Shown: piece after piece, positions 37,853-53,699 of the stretch | Position numbering within the stretch: position 1 is the first letter of the stretch | Layout of the letters: each line of letters opens with the position of its first letter | Assembly (NCBI RefSeq): GCF_006345805.1 | Contig: NC_043003.1 | Span: 49,848,001-49,912,000, forward strand | Source of the DNA: Octopus sinensis | Lineage: Eukaryota | Length of the DNA: 64,000 bases | Reading direction: 5' to 3' | Notes under the pieces: generated by a model | The model's input: the letters and a program-made list of their open reading frames with translations, nothing else | The model's database searches: none | Told to the model about the DNA's origin: nothing | Program-made: the position numbers and the translations under genes

Positions 37853-38154
37853 CTGAATGCCCTAACCATTAAGCCACGCGCCTTTACTCAATGCAGATAC
37901 ATATAATACTGGGGAATACTACAACTCGTGGCTATTTTAAACTCAAGTACAAGGACTGAAATATGGAAGAAGGTTTTATCAATTATACGAACCCGGGTGC
38001 TTTAGTTTATCGACCCCAGAAGAATAAAAGGCAAAATTGACTCTGGCAGGATTCGAACTCCTACATTAAAGAGCCGTAACTAAATATTGCAAAGCATTTT
38101 GTTGCGAAGAGTTTTAAATATTCGACCAATATATCACTTACAATACAATAACTC

Positions 38155-38565
38155 ATAATGCTGCTGCTGCTGATGATGATGGTGGTGGTGGTAGTGGTAG
38201 TGGTAGTGGCAGTGGTGGTCGTCGTGATGATGATGATGATGATGGTAGTGGTGGTGATGGTGGTTCTGCTGTTGATGGTGCCGGTGGCGGCGGCGGCGAT
38301 AGGGGGTAGAAATGATGATACACGATGAAAAGGATGATCATGATGATCGTGATCATGATGAATGATGACCACGTTGATAATGATGAAGATGATGGTGACG
38401 ACTGCGATAATGATGACGGTGATGATGATGGTGACGATGATGATGATGATGACGAAGATGATGAGGATGTTGACGATGATGATACGATAATGATGATGAG
38501 AACGAGAACGATGATGACGACGATGATAATAGTGATAATAATGATGGTGATGATGATAATGATTG
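38155..38565. repeat. (GAT/GGT/GCT)n low-complexity tract
   Basis: Directly visible. Confidence 0.95.
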
Positions 38566-38714
38566 AGTAGCAATTACGTGAGATATGTTAGCACACATTA
38601 ACAGGAAGAGATAAGATCGCCCCGGCTACAATCTTTAAAGACATACACCCTCACACGCGCGCGCGCACACACACACACACACATACATACACAGAAAGTA
38701 CTAAATGCACCAGT

Positions 38715-38950
38715 GGAGTATGATTGATATGCCATGTCTCCCGTTCGGAAAGCATATATCCATCATCATGAAAATGGGAAAATGGAATCACCTCAACTAC
38801 AAAGATTTACTGATTGAAGTGGAGAAAAAAAAAGTACGGCATGACTATACGAATAGTGATTCTCACTGTGATCGGAGCTTTGTAGAGATGAGAACGAATG
38901 AAGTGAATTACCAGAGTACACTTCAGGCTCAAAGAATCAAAGAAAATAGT
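38715..38950 (+). pseudogene. Decayed RLE domain fragment of a non-LTR element
   Basis: IDMPCLP...YKDLLIEVEK...TVIGAL* resembles LIDM.VP...YKDLEIEIEK.W...PVVIGALG. Confidence 0.6.
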
Positions 38951-38955
38951 TAAGG

Positions 38956-39945
38956 TAGTGGTTCCCATCGGAGAACAATATGCCCCCTGAGGGGTCCATA
39001 TAAGATTTTGGGGGATTCCATATAAAAATAGTAAATTGGGGACCTACAGTAGTATTTTAAGGGGCCCTGAAAGAATTTTGCTTTAGATGTATGTATTGGT
39101 GTGTATTGCAAGAAACGGCAAGGTTTCTTTCTCTAACATTTTACATAGTTCAACCTACACAAGTCAATGTGTGAACAACAAAACAGGAGTTCTGAAAGAA
39201 ATATCTATAAAACTAGTTTATAAGCATCGAGGAGTGGCTGTGTGGTAAGTAGCTTGCTAACCAACCACATGGTTCCGGGTTCAGTCCCACTGCGTGGCAT
39301 CTTGGGCAAGTGTCTTCTGCTCTAGCCCCGGGCCGACCAATGCCTTGTGAGTGGATTTGGTAGACGGAAACTGAAAGAAGCCCGTCGTATATATATATAT
39401 GTATATGTGTGTATGTGTGTGTGTTTTTCCCCCTAGCATTGCTTGACAACCGATGCTGGTGTGTTTACGTCCCCGTCACTTAGCGGTTCGGCAAAAGAGA
39501 CCGATAGAATAAGTACTGGGCTTACAATGAATAAGTCCCGGGGTCGATTTGCTCGACTAAAGGCGGTGCTCCAGCATGGCCGCAGTCAAATGACTGAAAC
39601 AAGTAAAAGAGTGTAATGGCTATGGGGGTCCATAAGAATAGGATTGTAATCAAAAGGGGGCCATAGTTAAAAGTAGTTGAGAAACCCTGCTTTAGATGGA
39701 AATCAGAAAATGAATATGGAGGAGGTATGTATTGGTATGTATTGCAAGAAACAGCTCGGCTTCTTTCTCTAACATTTTACATAGTTCAACCTACACAAGT
39801 CAATGTGTGAACAACAAGGATGGAAGTTTGAAATACGTATATATATAAGACTAGTTGTTAAGCATCGAATTTCCAGACGGTCCACCAGAATAAAATAATA
39901 ATCAAAGAGATCTATAGGTAAAAAAAAAACGGTTGAGAACCCTTG
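38956..39945. mobile_element. Compound hAT-type MITE (one full and one partial copy) with SINE A at 39228-39612
   Basis: Termini tagtggttccca / gttgagaaaccctg and ggttgagaacccttg; 39090-39228 duplicated at 39727-39868; flanks agttaagg / agttaaat. Confidence 0.65.
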
Positions 39946-40029
39946 AGTTAAATGGAAGATTACCTGTAACTTTAAGAAAATTTCAAACGATAATATTCTA
40001 CAGCTAAACTAAAATGAACAGACTTACAT

Positions 40030-42190
<2,161 letters not shown>

Positions 42191-42625
42191 TATTATTAAT
42201 TCTCCAAGGTGATATTTAGACAGAGAGCTTTCATCAATCTATCATATATGATATTGGCTGTCCAAATTCTTTTTTTTGCAACAAGACCTCTAGATTTGAC
42301 TTCCCGTCGGGGTGTCGGTGGTGGTCGTGGAAGTTTACTTTCCATCCTTAATACATACAGTTATTCATCAACGTACAATACACATTTAGTACAAAAACAT
42401 TGGTTATATGATGGATCGATAGGAAATATTATTTTGGCAATAAGGAAGCCATCAAAGTGATAATGTTTTTTTTTTCCTTTTCCTTATCCTGAATATTTAT
42501 ATATATATATATATGTTTTTGCTTAGTAAGATGGCTTCTAGCACAAAATATCAGATTCAATGAATGGCAAGAATGTCTTCCGGATCTTCGTATCATTCAG
42601 GCACCATGAGAGAAAAACCAATAAG

Positions 42626-42656
<31 letters not shown>

Positions 42657-43347
42657 ATGAACCATAGACTGTCAGAGGAGTAAATAAATTGTGGAATATG
42701 TAAACAAATTAAAGGAAACGAGAAAACAAGAATAAAAAGTTGGATTGTTAAGTTAATGACTTCTTTCTATGTAAAGATAAATCAATAATTTGGAGGTTCG
42801 GAGTTACGGTTCGAATTAAATTCTGATAAGTGATTCATGTCTTCATTTCTTGCGATTCTAAGTCCGAAAGTATGGAAGACCAACCAACGGCAGATAGAGA
42901 TGAACAGTTCTTATTCTGTCATTGTCAGCTGCCATACATCTACTGCAAGTGAATTATTGTGGTGGTGTTTTACCCCAGGTTTGAACAAAAAGCATATCCA
43001 TTATGTTTTTTTCCTCTTTCGGTGTTTTTCCTGGTATTCCTGTACCTAAAACCAGAATGTATATACACTATGTATTAGCCGAAGCCTTTATAAGCCTTAA
43101 AAATGAAATCTGACACTGCCTACGTACATAGTGTAGTGGATAAATGCTCTGAAATGCAGAGCAATCACCTAGACGTTCTGAGTTCAATACCGGTAAGGCG
43201 AATCACAAGACGCCTGAAAAACTAATGTATAATACTAATGAAAAACTAATGTATAATACACAAATTCCTCAGCTCAGAAATATAGAAAATTTATGTACTT
43301 CCTTTGTTACCTTATTTAAAAAAAATATGTTGCCATTGTTGCAGTTA

Positions 43348-43634
43348 CTGCACTTGCCGGCGTATATGACGCACCCTCGCATAGACGCAACCGCTATTTT
43401 ACACGTATACTTTGTGGAAAAATCAAAATTAGTATGTTTTCATCATATACTTATTGACAGACATTTGAAGGTCAATTTGTAAGAGGAAAATTTATGATTC
43501 TGTGCATGTAAATACAGTTTTGTGACAGTGTTCTAAAGTGTCAATCTATAAATTCATCATATTTACACCACGTTAAAGGAGTATTTTATTTTAAAAAAGG
43601 ACAAAAATAGCGTTTTTAACGCCGGCAAAAATGA
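43348..43634. mobile_element. Tc1/pogo-type MITE
   Basis: TA|ctgcacttgccggcgtatatgacgc ... gcgtttttaacgccggcaaaaatga|TA. Confidence 0.55.
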
Positions 43635-43869
43635 TAAAGAATTTAATAAATTAACTGTAATTATTAACTTGGTGTTTGGAACATAAATTTATTACATGAA
43701 ATCTTGATGAGAAGTTTTATTTTAGATCACTTTAAAATAGAAAGATTATCAGAAGAACAAGTGCGATATCATGCAGTTTGAGGGAGAATTAACTGCTAGT
43801 TCTTGCAGGGAGAGCGACCACATATGAAGTCCTCTCAGTCAGTCGTCATTTCGTTTCTGAGCAATGGAT

Positions 43870-44230
43870 GAAGGCATGTCCGAATAGTCAAGAAGTTCAT
43901 TTCGGAATTATGACCTTTCGGGGGACCGATCCCATTGCGTCTTATCTTGGGCAACTGTTTAACGCCGTGGTGTGAGTGGTGTATGGACCAAGCCTTGTGA
44001 GTGAAATTGAATAGACGGAAACTGTACTGAAGCTTAATGACTGGCTTGTGTCTGTAATTCAAATATCCAACCTTGGCATGCACTGTACCACGCTGATTCT
44101 ACATGAGGGGAACCTTAAAGGTTCTATTAACTGTGGAATACTCAGCAACTCGGACGCTAATTCATTGAAGGGGTAAGGGTCTGTTGAATGAACAACTGGA
44201 ATACTCACCTTCGTAACTGACGGAGATCCA
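43870..44230 (+). mobile_element. Old chimeric SINE: A-type centre joined to D-type tail
   Basis: ccaagccttgtgagtgaaattgaatagacggaaactg (A) followed by ctgtggaatactcagc...caactggaatactc..cgtaactgacggag (D tail). Confidence 0.5.
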
Positions 44231-44394
44231 TTTACATTGCCAGAATCGACTCTGATTAAGCAAATCTGTGAAAAACCAACGATAAAACCATACTTATTGT
44301 TCCAGATATATCATCCTTCCCTCTAAATGAGGACAATAATGTTCAGACATACAGTGGTTATTCGTACATTACTACAACATACAGTCACACACTC

Positions 44395-44805
44395 ATGTAT
44401 GCATGCATGCATGCATGCATGCATACATACATACATACATACATACATACATACATACACACACACATACATACATACATACATACATACATACATACAT
44501 ACATACATACATACATACATACATACATACATACATACATGCATGCATGCATGCATACATACTACATACATACATACATATTCCAATGAAAGAGCCTTGG
44601 GTCTAGGTTAGAAACCGGCTCTTTCTCTATTGGCAAGAAATCTTGAAATAAAACTGAATAATGACATACATACATATATACATATATGCATACATACATA
44701 CACACATACATACATACATACATACATACATACATACATACATACATACATACATACATACATACATACATACATACATACATACATACATACATACATA
44801 CATAA
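44395..44805. repeat. Two long (CATA)n tracts
   Basis: Directly visible. Confidence 0.95.
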
Positions 44806-45136
44806 GTCTTTGCAGTGTTATAATGTTTTGTCAATTTTGTTGCTCATGTTATATATAGATGTGTGAGTAAACAAACAAACGCATTCACACACACACACGC
44901 ACACACACATTTATTGGATATGGAAAGTTTTTGCGATTAGAAATTCCCATATACAATCACACACATACGACGGCAGTTATTCAAATTTTTCCTTTCTTTC
45001 ATTTTTTTTCTTAAAGTGGCGACGGGAGTGTTTGTTGTGCAAATTTGAAATGACAAACTAATTTCAAAATTAAATATATCCAATTTCAAGGAAATGAGTC
45101 AAACTGTTTTAGAAAATTATCTAACGTCAGACAAAA

Positions 45137-45196
<60 letters not shown>

Positions 45197-45711
45197 GAAA
45201 AGCAAATAGTTTAAAATATATAAACAGCTTTTGGAAAATTCTCAAATTGCTCCATGTAAAATATCTGAGATGGCTGCACAAAGAATTTAGTGTTGCACTT
45301 CGGTGGAGTTGGTTATTTTGTTAAGACAATGCCAGGTGACGACGTAGAACAAGAAGCAAAATTCTTCTCCCACCTGGCAAAAGTTGTAGCTGCGGATATC
45401 TGCTGTCTTTTAAATGTTTCAGTCATTGGACTGTGGTCAGGCTGGGGCATTGCCTTGAAGGCTTTTAGTCGAACAAATCGATCCCACAGTGTTTAATTTT
45501 GTTTATAAACAGGTTACTTATTCTATCGATGCCTTTTCACTATTCGCTAAGTAATGGGGATGTAAACAAATCAACACTGATCACCAAGAGATGGTATGGT
45601 GGCAATCACAAAGATACACACACATATATATACGAATTATGTATACAATCACACATACATACTTACATACATACATACACTCCCACATATATATTCAATA
45701 TATATATATAT

Positions 45712-45746
<35 letters not shown>

Positions 45747-46791
45747 GATAAATAAAATGTACTTAGAAATGCATGAGTGGCGTTCAATCGTAAAATAATA
45801 TAAATAATATATATATATGTGTATGTGTGTGTGTAAGCATTATGTATATACTTACATATATGTGTATATACACATGCATATAAGGGTACAGGACGTCATA
45901 AAATGTAAACAACATAAAATACGAAAGCATGGAATACGAACAACGAAAGAGACAAATGGCAAACAAGAAAAGCAACATAAAGAACGACCCTTCATCAGTT
46001 GTCGGCTGTTTTATCTACTCCACATTTTGAGCATTTCGAAAAGATGTGCCTTCGTCAAAACAATTGCTCCGGCAAAACAAATTAAGCAACATTAACACCG
46101 GCACGAAATCCCCTTCATTCACACAGATCCTATCACACACACACAGACTACTTACGCAAACCAAACACATACAGTTAATACCACACACACACACACACAC
46201 ACACAGAGTTAATACTACATACACACACACGATACCACACACATACACCGCGCACACACATTATCACACACACAGTTGCCACCACATGCACACATGCTAC
46301 CATGCACACATGCTACCATGCACACACATCCATGCTATCATACACACCACACGCTACCACACACACACAGACGCCACCACACACACACACACATACCGAC
46401 CATCTTCACACTCAACTGTCCCAGAAAGCACTTTGTCTTTGTCCTTCTACTTCCAGTCACTTCAAAAATGTAATCCCACGAGGATTATTGGCGATTTTCT
46501 ACTTCCTTCTTTTCCTTTTGGACTTTCCTGTTTTTCCTGTTTCTGAAGAAGAAACGTAAAATAACTACTCTTTTCCTTCTCCGAGTGTCATATTAATATT
46601 TTGCTTGACCTCAAGTTTGGTTTTTCTTTTTCTTTTTTCGTTGTTTTTCTCTGTTTTTTTTAATGCATTTGTTGCGAGAATAATTTCTTTATTTCTGATT
46701 TTGCTGAAACTTTGTTTAAGGGTTAGTTTAAACACCAGTTACATCGATTTGAAGCCAAAACTGTAAAATTCAAAACACATTCTTAAATAAA

Positions 46792-48646
46792 CCCAGGTGC
46801 CCTATTGTACTGCTAGGATAATAAGGGTACAAAAATACAACAGTGGTAATTTCTTCCTTTTTATTCAGTAATCAAATGTATAATATGATCCTCTTTTATA
46901 ACAGTGAAAATAACAAAAAGAGTTAGTCACGACAGTAACAGATTATTTTTTATGATAATCTGCAAAACACGAGATACATAATCTCACATCGCATTTTACA
47001 CTTTCAGCTCGAGTCTGTGATTTACAAAATTCCCCCTGACATTTGCTTGTTCCCAGCTACTGGTCGTACATAGTGTTCAGAACCATTGTATCGCATAAAG
47101 ATTCTCCTGGCTACGAAATCTTCACAAGTATGATATGGCAACTGCTCTTCGGAAGTCCAATTGATCTAATGCAGAACTCTTTTCTCGTGCTAAAATCCAA
47201 GCATTTTGAATGGAGACTTCTACAGTTCAAGTGAAAAGACTCCACCACTATTTTTCCATACGGATGCCAATGCGATACGCATTGATATTTTGGTCCATCT
47301 GATCGGTTCCTCCCATATTTTTATTGTAATTATAAATTGCCTGGGGAATTGGTACCTCTATGTGTTTTAACTTTTCCTTAGACCAGCGCTTGACTTTGTT
47401 AACAAGGTTATTCCCATGAATGGTGGATTCCACTTTCACAAGAGCGTTATCCATCCATCTGGTGATTTTTATAGCCTTGGATTCCAGGACTCCGGTGACA
47501 GTCTCTGAGGAGTATCGTTCATTTTTTTTTATCAAAACAGCATTCAGAAGAAATAGGACACGAAGCATCTAATCTGTTTGCTCTCAATGTACCAGTACCA
47601 TTGTATCCCAAAGTTTTGAGTTGACTTAGAAGTGGCACTGATGTGAACAAGTAAATGAAGTACTGTTGATGAACACTTTTCATAAGTCGATTCTAATTCG
47701 ACATTTTCTCAGTGGGTCTTCCCTTGCTAGGGATCGAATGCTATTATATATCCTGCAGACGAATTTTGACACCAGATTTTGTATTCGAATCTTATAGGTT
47801 TATTGTGAATAGATTACTTGCAGCTATGCTTGCCGAAATATTCCACCATTGCTTCATCATGTGAAATACTTGGTGCTGGAACAAAATGTTCCATAAATTT
47901 CTTTTGTAAATGTGATATGAGCGGTCGCAGTTTTGCAAATTTATCACTTTTATTGATATCATCTGCTGCATTGAAGTGAAGACAACGTATTATAGCATCA
48001 AACCGGTCGCATCTCATAGCATTACTGATAGCTTCACTGAATGTATCCGATGTATTTGACCAATACATATGGCGACGAGATAATTGATTATTTCTTGAAA
48101 CTATGAGAATTGCAAAGAACACTGAATTCATTCAAGGATACATTCAATCAGTCCAGTCCTTTTTCATGCAGTATTTTGCCATTTCTTTCATTGGGTGCTT
48201 AGTTATATCATCGTCACAGAATAGGTTAAATAATTTCACTTCACTAAAATCACTGTATTTTGAATAGTTGCACTGAAGAATAATGGGGGGGCATCACTTG
48301 TGTTTCGGCCTTTTTCCAAGTAATTTGACATTTAAAAAATTTTCTTCCCCGTGCCTGAAGCCTGTCCTGTTTCAGCAGAACATTCTCTCTGCGTCACTTC
48401 GTTATCTTTTGTTATCGTACTTCGTGACTATGATTCTGCTGAGGGACGAAGTTGATTGCTTGAGAGATGATGAGTGTATTGAACGGTGTCAGCTTCATCA
48501 TCTTTCTCCGAATCCTCATCTGCCAGGTGAATAACCTCCGGGAGTTCAATGAAAATATTATATGGGCCGTCATTTTCCTCTTCAAAGATACTCAAAATTT
48601 CATTCAAAGACAGTTCACGTTTCCTAAAAACAAATACACAATAGGG
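46792..48646 (-). mobile_element. Decayed piggyBac element; transposase pseudogene 46943-48623
   Basis: LSLNEIL...DEDSE...LSSNQLR, RRHMYW, DKFAKLRPL, SHDEAMVEYFGKH, MGGTDQMD, WWSLF, and Cys-rich tail KCDVRLCISCFADYH; several stops; probable 3' end GGG|TTTA at 46792. Confidence 0.9.
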
Positions 48647-48651
48647 AAAAA

Positions 48652-48862
48652 CTAGAAACTTTAACACTCGGAAAGTGCAGACCCCCGCCAAGCAGCATGC
48701 ACATCCCCCTCCTCCATAGTTTGGCTTACACCAGATCCCCTTCGAAGTCTAGTCATGTGTACCTTGTCCTATTTTGAACATTTCCTGAAAATTTCATGAA
48801 AATCCATCTATAACTTTTAGAGTTATGTTGCTAACAAACAAACAGACAGACAGTCAGACAGC
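48652..48862 (-). mobile_element. Short Helitron-like element
   Basis: Minus strand ends with hairpin cactttccgagtg then CTAG|T at 48652-55; GACA-type microsatellite near the 5' end. Confidence 0.5.
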
Positions 48863-48870
48863 CCGTATGC

Positions 48871-48975
<105 letters not shown>

Positions 48976-49169
48976 GACGGGCAACTACGGTCTCTGTCTA
49001 CCAAATTCACATACAAGGTATCAGTCGGCTCGAAGCTGTAGAAGAAGACACTTGCTCATGGTGCCAAGTAGTGGACTGAACCCGAATATCACGTGGTTGC
49101 AAAGTTAGTTTCTCTACGCCACACACCCAAGACTGTATCAAAGGAAACGTAAGCCATACTGAGCTTCGG

Positions 49170-50045
49170 CATTAAAATTTTAATTTGCTGGTTGTTGTGT
49201 CAATAGACATTACCAAGAAGACATAATTAAACGTTCGTTTATTCTATTGATGAAGATCAAATTCCAAATCGTTTTTGTTTGTGTATATTTTTGTTGTTGC
49301 AAAGATGTGCCGAGCACGAAGAAAGGTAACGACATTTTTCATATTTACATTGGAAAATGAGAATTATTATGGAAGTTACGTGAATGTGTTTGTATCGATG
49401 GGGCTCCCTCTTTTGTAGGTTGTAATGAAAGAGCGTACAACATTTATAAAAGCAAAGCTAAAACCAGGAAGTTATTTATCACAATCCACTGCTTCCTACA
49501 TAGAGATACCTTCACTGCAAAAACATTTGCAGTTATATAGAATCAAGTTTTAAACGAGTGGTTCTCACCCGGGGTCCATATGGCCATTAGGGCTCTATGT
49601 AAGATGTTGTTGTTAGAATCTATGTGCAATAAATTGGTTATACTTAATTGGTGCTGGTTATGCTTACGTCCCCGTAACTTAACGGTTCAGCAAAAACATT
49701 GATAGAATACTACACTTTAAAAAATAAGCCCTGAGGTCGATTTGTTTGACTAAAACCCTTCAAGGTAGTGCCCTAGCATGGCCGCAGTCAAAATGACTGA
49801 AACAAGTAAAAGAATAAAAGAAAACAAAAAGTATTTTAACAATTATTTCTATACAGTTCCTAGTAATATTTAATCATAAAAATATAATGGAACATTTTTG
49901 AACATCCAATGCTTATTAGGTTCCATTAGAGTAAAAAGGGGTCCATAGGTAAAAGGGGCCTATGTGTAAAAGGGAGACATAGGTAAAAAAAATGGTTGAG
50001 AACCACTGTTTTAGATCAAGTGGTTGAAATAGTTAATTTTTATCA
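49170..50045 (+). pseudogene. hAT (Buster/Charlie-type) transposase catalytic fragment
   Basis: SIDITKK...FVYSIDEDQI, CIDGAPSFVG, IHCFLHRD...NQVL | DQVVEIVNF. Confidence 0.8.
49556..50008. mobile_element. hAT MITE inserted in the hAT transposase, itself holding a SINE A tail (49655-49815)
   Basis: TIRs gagtggttctcacc / ggttgagaaccactg; 8-bp TSD ttttaaac / ttttagat (6 of 8 match). Confidence 0.8.
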
Positions 50046-50624
50046 TAATGATTGCAAAATCTGTCTATCTGAATCCTAAATATTCGGTTTGCTTTGCAAT
50101 TCATCCATCTCTCCCTCTATATACAAGAGCGCATATATGCATATACGATGTATACAGACACATATGTATTTCTCAACATGATCGTTAAAGACATGAAACT
50201 ATCACCTTCGAAAATAAAAAAATATTCTTCAATCTTTGATAGTTAGAGTCAATTCACTATTCCAAGAGGAGCTTACAGGCATCCAAATCATGAAAGATAT
50301 TGTGTGATTGTCAACATTTCCTGTCTGTGATTTGTTGCATATAATATCGTTTATGGAAATACAAACAGCTAAAAACTCTGAATTTTGGTCAAATGTTACT
50401 TATGTTGCAATATTGTTTTACTTTCCGCAGAGGTCGACTTTACCTTTCATCCTTTCGGGATCGATAAATTAAAAAATACCAGTTGCGTACTGGGGTTGAT
50501 CTAATCGACTGGCCCCCTCCCCAAAAATTTTGGGCCATGTGCCTAGACTAGAAAAGAATATTGTTTTACCTTATTTGACTCAATTCTTTCTTGCATATAT
50601 ATACCTATGTGAAGGTGCGTGACC

Positions 50625-50940
50625 CATTAGTTACAGCTTCGAACTCAATCATGAGGCTGTGAGTTTGATTACCGGATCAGGCTGTGTGTTATGTTCTTGA
50701 GTAAGACTTTATTTCACGTTGCTCCAGTTATCTCAGCTATAGGAATGAGTTATGACATCACTGGTGCTAAGCTGTATTGACCTTTGACTTTTCCTTGGAT
50801 AACATCGGTGACATGAAGAGGAAAGCTGGTATGCATGGGCGACTGCTGGTCTCCCATAAACAATCCTGCCCGGACTTGTGCCTAGGAAGGAAACTCTCTA
50901 GGTGCAATCCTATGGCCCGTCATGATCGAAGTGGGGTCCT
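50625..50940 (+). mobile_element. SINE with D head and a third tail type
   Basis: cttgagtaagactttatttcacgttgctccagt..ctcagct (D centre) followed by a body not shared with the other copies. Confidence 0.55.
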
Positions 50941-50994
50941 TTTATATTTATATACTTATAATGGAATGCTTACTATGAAGCATTGTGTAGAATA

Positions 50995-51330
50995 TATTGT
51001 ATAAAAGATCGTGGGTAAGGCCAAAACAATGCGAAATAAATGCACGGAATATCACAAGAAAGCAAATATGTAAATTAATGTAGACTTACTTTGAATTCAA
51101 TATTTCGGGGTTATGACCCCATTTTCAAGAAATTGACGAATGTTGCCGATGTGCGATCACACACACGCACATCGGCAACATTCGTCAATTTCTTGAAAAT
51201 GGGGTCATAACCCCGAAATATTGAATTCAAAGTAAGTCTACATTAATTTACATATTTGTTTTCTTGTGATTTACTTTGCATTTACTTCGCATTGTTTTGG
51301 CCTTACTCACTATTTTTTATGCATTATATA
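50995..51330. repeat. Large palindrome; perfect 93-bp arms 51063-51155 / 51166-51258 with a 10-nt loop
   Basis: Checked base by base; outer arms continue with mismatches. Confidence 0.95.
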
Positions 51331-51826
51331 CTTATATTTCAATGAAGCAAATATTACTTATTCCGAGTAAAAAAACAACGGGTTTTATTAAAAGCAGACC
51401 AAAAAGACTCGTTTGTGGAGAAAATTCGTATTGACATAGACTTTAAAAATACACCGATATAAGTTAGCTGTCAAGCGGGGAGAAAGTGCATTTCTTTTGC
51501 GCATGAACTCCGAAAAGTGCCTCTGCTTTTTCCCGTTTTTTTCTAAAAATTCTTTTTTAAAGAAGTATATCAAATTTACTTAAATGCGTTTTGAGTCCCT
51601 AGCGTAGAATATTTGACAAATTTCAGCGCCGTAATAACCTGAATAAAAGTATCCAAAGAAAAAACGAGAGTATCAACGAATATACAGATAAACTCATAGC
51701 ATTTCAAAACAATGAAATAGAAGAGTAAAAGAGATGCAACGTTGAACCGATTCTATTTTAGATTTGGTCACAACTGATTTCTTCTCGAGGGGAAGAACGA
51801 TTGATTTTAGTACAGGAAAATATTAA

Positions 51827-51881
<55 letters not shown>

Positions 51882-52399
51882 TATAGACATCGAAAGAATG
51901 AAAGGCGAAACTAAACTCGGCAGAATCTGAACTCAGAGTACAAAACGCCAGAAGAAATATTACAACACATAGCAGATGCTCTGATGACTTGGCCCGTTCG
52001 TCGCTTCGCACACACACACACACTTACTACAAAAATGTGTGTGCATTCATATGTATGCGTGTATGTATGCTTGATTGTATATACATACATGCGCACGTTT
52101 TTATTAATTTTTAATATCATATAACATTAATAATGACTTATGAATTTCGCCTATAGCAGCTTCTTCGAACTGTTGTATAAAATATTTTATGCGTTTTTGA
52201 ATAAAAGTTTGAGATCGTGGGAGAAACTAAATTCTAAATTCTAGTGTTTAAGGAGATGGTAAATGAGGAAAGAAATACTTAACAAGATAGTAGAAAGAAA
52301 GAGAATACAATAGGTCAACTAATTGAGAAATTTAATTAAAAGCAACAAGAGAATAGTGTTTGGTGTGTGTATATATATATATGTGTGTGTGTATGTATC

Positions 52400-52614
52400 T
52401 TTTATCTTTTACTTGTTTCAGTCACTAGACTGCGGCCAACCTGTGGCACTGCCTTCAAGAATTTTTAGTCGAATGAATCGGCCTCAGTTCGTTTTTTTAG
52501 CCTGGTATTCTCTCTTGCCGAAACGTTAAATTACGGGGGTGTAAACATACCAACACCGGTTGTCAAGCGGTGTTGGGGGACAAACAGACACAAAGTCACA
52601 CGCACGCACGCACG

Positions 52615-52645
<31 letters not shown>

Positions 52646-52664
52646 ACACACACACACGCACATA

Positions 52665-52701
<37 letters not shown>

Positions 52702-53112
52702 CAGGCTCCTTTCAGTTCCGTCTCTCAAATCCACTCAACAAGGTTTTGTAAGCCCGAGGCTATAGTAGAAGTCACTTGCCGAAGGTGCCGCGCAGTGAAA
52801 CTGAACTCGGAACCATGTGGTTTGGAAGCAAGCTTCTTGAAGAAGGTCTGTAACTTGTTTGCTTGCTTGAAATATTGTGATAAAGAAGAAAAATAGCAAA
52901 ACAATGAAGACAGAGAATTGTGAAAAGGAAGAAGTTTAATAACATTTATATATAGGCGCGGGTATGGATGTGTGGTAAGCTTGCTTCCCGACCACATAGT
53001 TTTGGGTTCAGTCCCATTGCGTGGCACCTTGGGTAATTGTCTTCTATTGTAGCTTGGGCCAACTAAAGCCTTGTGAGTGGATTTGGTAGACGGAATCAGA
53101 CAGAAGACCGTC

Positions 53113-53155
<43 letters not shown>

Positions 53156-53370
53156 TATATGTATGTATGTATGTATGTATGTCTATGTGGTCGTTTTTGT
53201 CTCCCCCACCATTGCGTGACAACCATTTATGTTTATGTCCCCGTAATCTAGCGGTCCGGCAAAAGAGAGCGATATAATGAGTCCTGGGGTCGATTTGTTT
53301 GACTAAAAACCGTTTAAGGCAGTGCTCCAGCATGGCTGCAGTCAGATGACTGAAACAAGAATAGGAGTAA
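52400..53370. mobile_element. Two divergently oriented SINE A copies (52400-52840 on -, 52955-53370 on +)
   Basis: Both show head, centre, microsatellite and tail. Confidence 0.85.
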
Positions 53371-53699
53371 AGGAAAAGAATATTTCAGGCATAAATTCCC
53401 ATAATCAGGAACAAACTGTCAAGGAATGTTTGTCAATACAGTACTGGCCTTTTTGGTACTGCATAGGCTAACATTACTTGGCAAACTTTGATGATGGACC
53501 TTTGTGTCTGAACTAAACAAAAATTTATTAATTTTTTTTTTCCCATTGTAAGCGGCTATCTGCCTTCACTATTTTGTTAATTTACTTCTATGTGTATGTA
53601 TATATGTGTGTGTGGAAGAGGTGTTATGTATTTAAAATGGGTCAACAATAAGTGAAGGTAATATTGTTTAGATTAAATAGTAATATTACAGTAATTTAA

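Noticed and set aside
38325-38570. Asp-rich ORF resembling acidic biomineralisation proteins
   Set aside because: It lies wholly in a (GAT)n tract that shifts frame between poly-D and poly-M/I, with no splice or domain support
42525-42625. Exon-like segment after ttttgcttag
   Set aside because: Stops in every frame before the donor-like gtaaat
45290-45496. ORF MLHFGGVGYFVKTMPGDDVEQEAKFFSHLAK...
   Set aside because: It runs into a SINE A tail, has no recognisable domain and only weak splice signals
46800-48646. ccctattgt / acaataggg as piggyBac TIRs
   Set aside because: Only 9 bp and not flanked by TTAA on either side
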